From IMG/VR virus record IMGVR_UViG_3300008448_000032, positions 22,903-86,902 of that record: DNA of 64,000 bases. One strand, written 5' to 3'. This DNA is from a virus. Made by a program: the position numbers and the translations under genes. The notes beneath the pieces were generated by a model. The model saw only the letters and a list, made by a program, of their open reading frames with translations, was not told the origin of the DNA and did no database searches. Shown here piece by piece: positions 57,642-64,000 of the stretch (within the stretch, counting starts at the first letter, position 1; each line of letters begins with the position of its first letter).

Positions 57642-59933
57642 ATGTCTTTTAGCTACACCTCTAAATTCGTCCAAATTAATTCATATCTATTGATGGAATA
57701 TAGATATGCAGATCAGCCTAACCCAGAAACTAGATTTACGACCGATGTTGGATATGATAAGTTAATAAATGGATTTATTTCGGATTCCGTTCAAATATTT
57801 AATCCCCCTGCTGATTCTTCAATAACTAATAATACACCAAATAATAGTGTAGTTAAAATATCCGATTCATCATATGTTTCTTTAGATTCAAATTCAATAA
57901 TTCCCTTTAATGATTTTTCGGAGAAATTAACGAATACCGTAGATCTTCCGATAGTTTTCCCTTCTAATCTTTCTGTTGTATATGATAGCATTAGATATCA
58001 TATAAGAGCAGGATATAATTTAAATAATATAGACGGATTAATAGTAGGAGTAGGATTTCCAGACCAAAATGGAAATTATGTAACTGTATCCCAAATTCTA
58101 ATACAAAAAGGAACTAATCAAGATTATGATTTTAACCCAAGTCCGATAACTATAGGATCTGCTATATATGATAAATATTTAGAAATTAAAGTTCCTAATC
58201 TCAAGGACATGAACGATAAATATCTCGTTGCTTCTGATTTCTTTAAACCAAGTACTTTAGCAGGACTTATCAGTCAAAGTGGTAAAGGATTTATATACGG
58301 AGCTCCTTTAAGAATTACTTTTGATGAGGTACAAAATATAGATACTTATAATGGGTATAATAGGTATAACACATCTAATATAGCATTATTATCTTTAGAA
58401 CAAGAAGACCCTTTTTCCAATATAGGAGCAACCATAAAAGAATCGGACCAAGGTCAATTTTTCGAGTATTATGCAACAGACAATGAAGGGTTTATTGAAG
58501 ATTTTATACTTTTTCAAAATTCTATAGGAAATAGCTATTTTATATCTCACCAAATACAGGTTTTAGAACAAATAGGAGCTTCTTTCATAGAGACTTCCCG
58601 GTTCGAAAGTATACAGACCACAGCATATGATGTTCCAAATTTCTATAGACCTATAGTTAGAAATTCAGGAGTGGCTGCAAGTTTTACCCTTAGGTATATA
58701 ATGTCTTTGGTAAACAATAAAGATCAGTCTAGAGTAATAAGAATAGGATCCTATACGTCTCCTAATCCTTCTGAGTGGGGAGTTAATATCACTCCGATTA
58801 GACTTTCTAGTTTTCCCCAGGTTCAAAAAATATACAATAAAGTTTATGGACAGCAGAACCTACTTAACGAGAATGCAGCTTATCCAGTAAAAATAATAGA
58901 AAGACTAAAATACATAAACAATATAATAGATCAAAATTTAGTAAATAGCTCATTTAGAAATCTTACAGTTTCAAACGGGGCTTCGCAGTCCCAGGATACT
59001 ACTTCGGATACTACTGCTTTAGGATTTGGAAAAGTTTATATAGATGTTTCTCCTTTTCAGAATTTATATAAATTTAAATTTGTCCAAAAAGTAAAACAAA
59101 ATGGGACTGAAAATATTTTGCCATTAGATCTTACAACTTTAGGAATTCTTAGAATGTCTTTTATATTAAAAAAAGGGGAAAAATTAAACGTAAATGGGGT
59201 TACGAATAATTCTTTAGCGAATCCTTCAAAGGGAGAAGTTTTATTTAGAATAGACGAATCCGTTTCTAGTAGAATATTATTACTGACGGATAAGAGATTT
59301 TTTATAACTCTAGGTCCACAAATTCAAAGTCCGTCAAACTCTTTAGATCTTAATAGATCTTTAAATGTAGAAGAAAGGATAAATTCTTCGTCTAAAAAAG
59401 GTATCAAATCAAGAATATCAGAGAGGGCTAATATTCTAAATCAAGTAAGATCCCAATCTTCCTCCGACGATAATAATAATTCTGTTCTCTACTGGGGATA
59501 TTGGAAAGCTTCCGGGGATAGTGAACCTTCATCGCCTATAGACATTTCTCCTGAACAAGAAATAGTAAGACCTGTTTTACAAAGACCGATAAATGCTCCT
59601 TCTAAATCCCCAGCAAAACCTTCTATTAATTTGCTGAGCCCTGCTTCTAAACCAGATAGTACACTGGGAAATAGCGGATTCAATCAATCTCAGGCGGGAA
59701 TAAACTTAACTAATTCTATAATATCAGAGATAAAGAATATACTTATCGAAAATTCAAGCACCCTGAACCTAAATACTATAAATACCCAACTGGTAGATTT
59801 ATATTCCAAATATCCTCAGGTTACAAAAGATAAATTTTTAGGGGATTATGATAAAGCAACAAATGGTGGAATTACAGGGTATACTCCTTCGAATATATCT
59901 AACATAAAATCCAAACTTAGTAACCAAATATAA
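57642..59933 (+). CDS. Probable structural protein
   Basis: 763-aa ORF in the tail operon. Confidence 0.5.
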   Translation: MSFSYTSKFVQINSYLLMEYRYADQPNPETRFTTDVGYDKLINGFISDSVQIFNPPADSSITNNTPNNSVVKISDSSYVSLDSNSIIPFNDFSEKLTNTVDLPIVFPSNLSVVYDSIRYHIRAGYNLNNIDGLIVGVGFPDQNGNYVTVSQILIQKGTNQDYDFNPSPITIGSAIYDKYLEIKVPNLKDMNDKYLVASDFFKPSTLAGLISQSGKGFIYGAPLRITFDEVQNIDTYNGYNRYNTSNIALLSLEQEDPFSNIGATIKESDQGQFFEYYATDNEGFIEDFILFQNSIGNSYFISHQIQVLEQIGASFIETSRFESIQTTAYDVPNFYRPIVRNSGVAASFTLRYIMSLVNNKDQSRVIRIGSYTSPNPSEWGVNITPIRLSSFPQVQKIYNKVYGQQNLLNENAAYPVKIIERLKYINNIIDQNLVNSSFRNLTVSNGASQSQDTTSDTTALGFGKVYIDVSPFQNLYKFKFVQKVKQNGTENILPLDLTTLGILRMSFILKKGEKLNVNGVTNNSLANPSKGEVLFRIDESVSSRILLLTDKRFFITLGPQIQSPSNSLDLNRSLNVEERINSSSKKGIKSRISERANILNQVRSQSSSDDNNNSVLYWGYWKASGDSEPSSPIDISPEQEIVRPVLQRPINAPSKSPAKPSINLLSPASKPDSTLGNSGFNQSQAGINLTNSIISEIKNILIENSSTLNLNTINTQLVDLYSKYPQVTKDKFLGDYDKATNGGITGYTPSNISNIKSKLSNQI

Positions 59934-59936
59934 TAA

Positions 59937-60482
59937 ATGATTTTAAATCCAAGAGGAAATAGCTTTTATTTTAACTTCCCTAGGGGATTTTTCCCGACGA
60001 GGGTTACAGAAAAATATTTACCTTATATAAAAAAACAGCCAATTCCATTTGATACTGTGGATCAGTATATAAATAGTACTATACAGTCGGTTTCTTTTCC
60101 TAGTTTAGCCTTGGATTCTGTAGAACAAGTAAGAAAATTAGGAAAGAAAATTGCATATAAAGGATCTAATCCAGTTCAAGATCTATTTAGTAAAGAATTT
60201 AGCATCAATATGAAAATGACTGACGGATTTATGAGCTATTGGATAATGCTAGATACCATATTAGATTTTGTAAATTTTTCAAATCCTGATGTCTTCTTGG
60301 TGAATCTTCCTATAAGAATAATGGATAGTCAGGGAGGAATAGTAGCTTCTGTTGTTTTTCAAGAAGTTCTTTTTACTTCCTTTGGGGAAATAGAACTTAA
60401 TTACACTTCAAACAATCCTCAATTTTCTGCATTCTCTGTTGGCTTTAAATGTAATTATCTGGATATAAAAATGGAGATATGA
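59937..60482 (+). CDS. Tail-tube-fold protein (gp3/gp19-like tail completion)
   Basis: TIQSVSFPS...FSINMKMTDGFMSY...IELNY...FSVGFKCN pattern; 181 aa. Confidence 0.55.
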   Translation: MILNPRGNSFYFNFPRGFFPTRVTEKYLPYIKKQPIPFDTVDQYINSTIQSVSFPSLALDSVEQVRKLGKKIAYKGSNPVQDLFSKEFSINMKMTDGFMSYWIMLDTILDFVNFSNPDVFLVNLPIRIMDSQGGIVASVVFQEVLFTSFGEIELNYTSNNPQFSAFSVGFKCNYLDIKMEI

Positions 60483-60862
60483 CCGAAGAAGAAGAATTAA
60501 AATCATTTAAAAGTTTATTGGACATCAGAAAATATCCCTATGAAGAAGAGGGAGAGATTTTAATAATTACTGGGCATTCAAGTGTGGATTTACAAGATAT
60601 TAATTATATCCCAAAAAATGTTTGTTTCTCTAATAGAGGATTTGTTCATCTGGAAAAATTAATTCTCCCGGAAAACACAGTATTTAGAAATGAGGGAAAC
60701 ATATATTTAAATGATTTAATAGGACTTTCTAAAGGGGTTAGATTCGAAAATTACAATTATTTTCTATATGCTAACGATTTTTTCTTTTTAACAACAGTAA
60801 CTATCCCTGAGATTTCTTCTCAAAGGATAATTAATTGCTACATCAAACAAATATACGGATAA
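60479..60862 (+). CDS. Small leucine-rich-repeat-like hypothetical protein
   Basis: Three ~21-aa repeats: IPKNVCFSNRGFVHL, LPENTVFRNEGNIYL, LSKGVRFEN. Confidence 0.55.
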   Translation: MTEEEELKSFKSLLDIRKYPYEEEGEILIITGHSSVDLQDINYIPKNVCFSNRGFVHLEKLILPENTVFRNEGNIYLNDLIGLSKGVRFENYNYFLYANDFFFLTTVTIPEISSQRIINCYIKQIYG

Positions 60863-60877
60863 AAATATTTTAAAAAA

Positions 60878-60885
60878 GATATATA
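60878..60885 (+). promoter_or_regulatory. Putative late promoter box GATATATA
   Basis: Exact motif upstream of ATG 60904. Confidence 0.7.
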
Positions 60886-60903
60886 AACTAAAAAATAATA
60901 ATT

Positions 60904-61140
60904 ATGAGAACTTTTACGGAATTGAAGGAAATTAATGAAATGAAGTACGGTCAACCACTTTATAGTGCAAAAGACCAAATGAAAAATGCTCTAATAGCAG
61001 CTTCAGGTAACGATCAAAGAGTCTTAAATGATTTGGTAGATTGTCTTTCTGACCAACAAATGAAAGCTTGCTTTGATAAGTTGTCTAAAGAGTACGGTTA
61101 CACTGGAAGTGTAGGACAAAAAGAATCTGCTGATCTATAA
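60904..61140 (+). CDS. Small probable internal head protein
   Basis: MRTFTELKEINE resembles the T4 internal-protein leader; late box upstream. Confidence 0.55.
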   Translation: MRTFTELKEINEMKYGQPLYSAKDQMKNALIAASGNDQRVLNDLVDCLSDQQMKACFDKLSKEYGYTGSVGQKESADL

Positions 61141-61149
61141 TAACTTTTC

Positions 61150-61806
61150 ATGAATTTAGTCGGGATAGATTTTTCGATCAATTCCCCTTCTTTTTGTTGT
61201 CTTAAAGGCAATAAGTATATTTGGGGGTCTTTGACAAGATCGGACAGAACAGAAGAATCTCTTAAAAAGAATTCTAAAAAGCCATTCGCAATTCTTGGCG
61301 ATATGGAGAATTTAAGATTTATTTTTTTGGATAAAAAAGAACTCCCCTCGGAATATTCCGAAAGGGAAAGGGTAAAAATAGAATATTTTTTAGAAATAGT
61401 TGATAATCTATGGGATGCAATTTCTAAGGAGATAGGGGATGAACCATTTAAGGTGGCTATGGAAGGTCTTAGCTTTTCTTCAAATGGTAATTCTCTTGTT
61501 GATATAGCAATGGCTACTGCTCTACTAAGAGAAAGAATCATCAATTCTATAGGAGTGGAAAATTTTCATGTTTTTTCTCCCACATCAATTAAAAAGTTTG
61601 CAGTAAAGGGAAATGCCAAAAAGGATGAACTTTACCATGCTTTGGTTGATTTAAAAGAGGAGGGAACTAATATGAATGAATTGACCCAAATACTGGAACA
61701 AAATCGGGAGGAGTGGATAACTCCAAAGAAAGTAGTAAATAAACCGGTAGATGATATAGTAGATGCAACTTGGATTCTTTTATTTTTAAAAAATAATTTA
61801 AAATAA
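61150..61806 (+). CDS. RuvC-like Holliday junction resolvase
   Basis: VGIDFS, VAMEG, PTSIKKFA..GNAKK, DDIVDA catalytic acidic motifs. Confidence 0.82.
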   Translation: MNLVGIDFSINSPSFCCLKGNKYIWGSLTRSDRTEESLKKNSKKPFAILGDMENLRFIFLDKKELPSEYSERERVKIEYFLEIVDNLWDAISKEIGDEPFKVAMEGLSFSSNGNSLVDIAMATALLRERIINSIGVENFHVFSPTSIKKFAVKGNAKKDELYHALVDLKEEGTNMNELTQILEQNREEWITPKKVVNKPVDDIVDATWILLFLKNNLK

Positions 61807-61809
61807 TCG

Positions 61810-61837
61810 GAAATATTTTTCTGATTTTAGTGTATAA
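61810..61837 (+). promoter_or_regulatory. Bipartite phage promoter GAAA-N19-TATAA
   Basis: GAAA tatttttctgattttagtg TATAA upstream of the SSB gene. Confidence 0.55.
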
Positions 61838-61872
61838 TTTATGTATTAATTTAAAAATTTAAAAAAACAATT

Positions 61873-62892
61873 ATGGAAAATTTGGACATCTTTAATTTAA
61901 GCGCAGATTCTTTAGTAACTAAAGTAAATGCAAAATCTGAAAAGGATTTGGAATTTTATAAACCATATCCTGAAAATGGGAAAGACGGGGTTTATAAATC
62001 TTTAATCCGTTTTGTTCCTAATCCGGTAGATCCGGCTAAATCTAAAATCCACAAATATTATGTTTACTTGAATGATCCGGTTTCCGGAGAATCATTTCCT
62101 GTAGACTGTCCTTCGACTGTGGGTAAAAAATCAATCGTAAAAGATCTTTTCTGGAAACTTAAAAATTCTCATTCTGCAGCAGATCAAGAATTAGCTAAGT
62201 CTTTTTCTAGAAAAGAAGATTTTTATGCTTTGATTCAAATAGTTCAGGATAAAAATTCACCTGAATTAGAAGGAAAGATTATGATTTTTAAGTTTGGTAA
62301 AAAACTTAATGACATGATCGAAGCACAATTAAAACCAGAATACGGGGACCCTTCAAATCCATTTGATTTATTTAACGGTAGAGAATTTGCTATCCAAGTA
62401 AGAAAGGTTGGGGAATGGAACAATTATGATCTTTGCTCTTTTGTTGGAAACCCATCTCCTATCAAAATCGAAGGAATTCCTATGGAAAGAAGCGAAGGAG
62501 ATATGAAAAAGATCGTTGATTATCTTAACAATGGTCCTAAGAATTTATCTTCTTTCGATTATAAGGATTGGGACGATTCTACAACTCAAAGAGTTATGTC
62601 GGTGATTAGAAATTCTGTTCCCGAAGGAAGATTAGTTAATGAAGTTATTGGAGGAGTTTCTTCTGCACCTTCTACTCCATCTAATAATTCTTACACTTCT
62701 CCGGTACAATCTTATACATCACAATCGGAGTCTGCTCCTAGAACTCAGGCTACTTCCGAACAAATATCGGATTTTAATAACTTCTACAGCGAAGCATCTA
62801 ATACAAAATCAGCTTCAGATAACACGACAGAAGCTTCTCCTAATAGCTCAGGAGGAATATCTTCTCTAGATGATCTTTACGCAGATCTTTAA
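61873..62892 (+). CDS. gp32: Single-stranded DNA-binding protein, T4 gp32-like
   Basis: LIRFVP, CPST, PELEGKIMIFKFGKK, NPFDLFNG, NYD; disordered linker and acidic tail LDDLYADL. Confidence 0.9.
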   Translation: MENLDIFNLSADSLVTKVNAKSEKDLEFYKPYPENGKDGVYKSLIRFVPNPVDPAKSKIHKYYVYLNDPVSGESFPVDCPSTVGKKSIVKDLFWKLKNSHSAADQELAKSFSRKEDFYALIQIVQDKNSPELEGKIMIFKFGKKLNDMIEAQLKPEYGDPSNPFDLFNGREFAIQVRKVGEWNNYDLCSFVGNPSPIKIEGIPMERSEGDMKKIVDYLNNGPKNLSSFDYKDWDDSTTQRVMSVIRNSVPEGRLVNEVIGGVSSAPSTPSNNSYTSPVQSYTSQSESAPRTQATSEQISDFNNFYSEASNTKSASDNTTEASPNSSGGISSLDDLYADL

Positions 62893-62908
62893 TAGATAAA
62901 AAATAACT

Positions 62909-62935
62909 AAAGGCAGCTTTTAAGCTGCCTTTTTT
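62909..62935 (+). terminator. Rho-independent terminator
   Basis: aaaggcagctt-tt-aagctgccttt followed by T run. Confidence 0.85.
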
Positions 62936-62947
62936 ATCCTAAATAGA

Positions 62948-64000
62948 ATGGAAGCTTCAAGAATTGAAGAATTAGTTTCGGGTGTTCTGAGAAAAGAATT
63001 TTCCGATTTTCCTCTAAAACAGAATATATCTAAATCTTTAAATAGATTAAATATAGCATGTCCTTACTGCGGAGACAGTAAGAATCCAAGAAAGAAAAGA
63101 GGTAATTTTTATCTGGATACTCTCACCTATAAATGTTATAATGGAGGATGTGGGGTATTTAAAGATTCGATCTCTTTCTTTAAAGATTTTGGTCTTTATG
63201 GTAGTTTATCTGGGGGAGAAAAGAAAGAAATTTCTCAAATATTAGAGGAGAACAAAAGTAAGAAAAATAATTCTTATGGAAAAATAGATTTTTCTTATTT
63301 TATAGATAATGATTTTAATTCGGTTTTAATAGACCGAAATGACTTTTGTAGATCTTTAAATCTAGTAAATGTCGAGGATTCCAAGATACTGGTTTATATA
63401 AAGAGAAGACACCAGTCTCCCGATTCTAGATTTGCATGGGATCCTAAAAAAGAAAGAATATTTCTTTTCAATTTAACTCCGGATAATAAAATAATGGGTT
63501 TACAAATTAGAAATATGAATTCTATAAAAGGATCTTCTAAATACCTTACGTATAGACTAAGCGGGATTTATTCTAAATTGCTCGGAATAAATGACGAATC
63601 CATAATAGGGAAAGCTCAAAAAGTTGATCCGGTTTCCCATGTTTTTGGACTTGGGTTTTTAGATTTCGGAAAGGACATAACCATATTTGAGGGACCAATG
63701 GATTCCTGGATTTGGGGGAATTCCGTAGGACTTTGCTCTATAGAAAATAGATTTCCTTTTGGGGTTAATAATTTAAGGTATTGGTATGACTGGGATAATG
63801 CAGGTATATCTAAATCCATAGAACTTTTGGGCGAAGGAAAAATGGTATTTAACTGGGGAAAATTTCTGGAAGAGCACGAAATAACGAAGAATAAAAAATG
63901 GGATCTTAATGATTTAGTAATACATTTAAGATCTTCAGGAAAGAAGATAAAAAGATTTGATAATTATTTTACTAAAGATGTACTGGACCTTAGATATTTT
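62948..64000 (+). CDS. gp61: DNA primase, T4 gp61-like (3'-truncated by window end; absent from the ORF track)
   Basis: MEASRIEE...; zinc finger ACPYCGDS...YKCYNGGC; TOPRIM IFEGPMDS; WYDWDNAG; KWDLNDL. Confidence 0.88.
   Translation, partial: MEASRIEELVSGVLRKEFSDFPLKQNISKSLNRLNIACPYCGDSKNPRKKRGNFYLDTLTYKCYNGGCGVFKDSISFFKDFGLYGSLSGGEKKEISQILEENKSKKNNSYGKIDFSYFIDNDFNSVLIDRNDFCRSLNLVNVEDSKILVYIKRRHQSPDSRFAWDPKKERIFLFNLTPDNKIMGLQIRNMNSIKGSSKYLTYRLSGIYSKLLGINDESIIGKAQKVDPVSHVFGLGFLDFGKDITIFEGPMDSWIWGNSVGLCSIENRFPFGVNNLRYWYDWDNAGISKSIELLGEGKMVFNWGKFLEEHEITKNKKWDLNDLVIHLRSSGKKIKRFDNYFTKDVLDLRYF

Noticed and set aside
1043-63819. Numerous short ORFs (about 60-150 aa) antisense to or nested in long genes, e.g. 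2469-2732, 9684-10019, 15610-16026, 61098-61544, 63616-63819
   Set aside because: They overlap well-supported genes, show no motifs and have no promoter support.
1-64000. Alternative genetic code (TAG or TGA recoding, as in some megaphages)
   Set aside because: Standard-code ORFs are long and tile the window. TAG and TGA stops fall at sensible gene ends, followed closely by promoters or the next start.
1-64000. tRNA, rRNA, introns, inteins, transposases or integrases
   Set aside because: None recognised. Intergenic gaps are short and explained by promoters and terminators, and helicase, SSB and primase appear uninterrupted. A covariance-model search was not possible.

Overview
This is a densely coding, AT-rich, almost entirely plus-strand segment of a T4-like (contractile-tail) jumbo or mega bacteriophage that uses the standard genetic code. 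The host is probably Bacteroidota: there are TAnnTTTG -7 promoters, A-rich leaders without Shine-Dalgarno, and a signal peptide cleaved before Gln. The first ~17 kb is an accessory/late region with Dda helicase, a small holin missed by the ORF track, an L,D-transpeptidase-fold lysin candidate, NlpC/P60 and SleB-type cell-wall hydrolases, three DUF1566-like paralogs, a methyltransferase and a NUDIX hydrolase. From 17 to 60.5 kb is a baseplate/neck/tail module (gp53-, hub-, gp5-spike-, gp13-, gp25-, gp6- and gp7-like proteins, very large structural proteins, three collagen-containing fibre paralogs). From 61 to 64 kb is a replication block (RuvC-like resolvase, gp32 SSB, gp61 primase truncated by the window end). 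The main non-obvious signals are three distinct promoter classes, a shared T4-internal-protein-like N-terminal leader on unrelated cargo proteins, a G-x-T-[G/A/S] motif scattered through the tail proteins, and single-gene cassettes bounded by late-promoter boxes. All product calls come from motif recognition by eye, not database searches.
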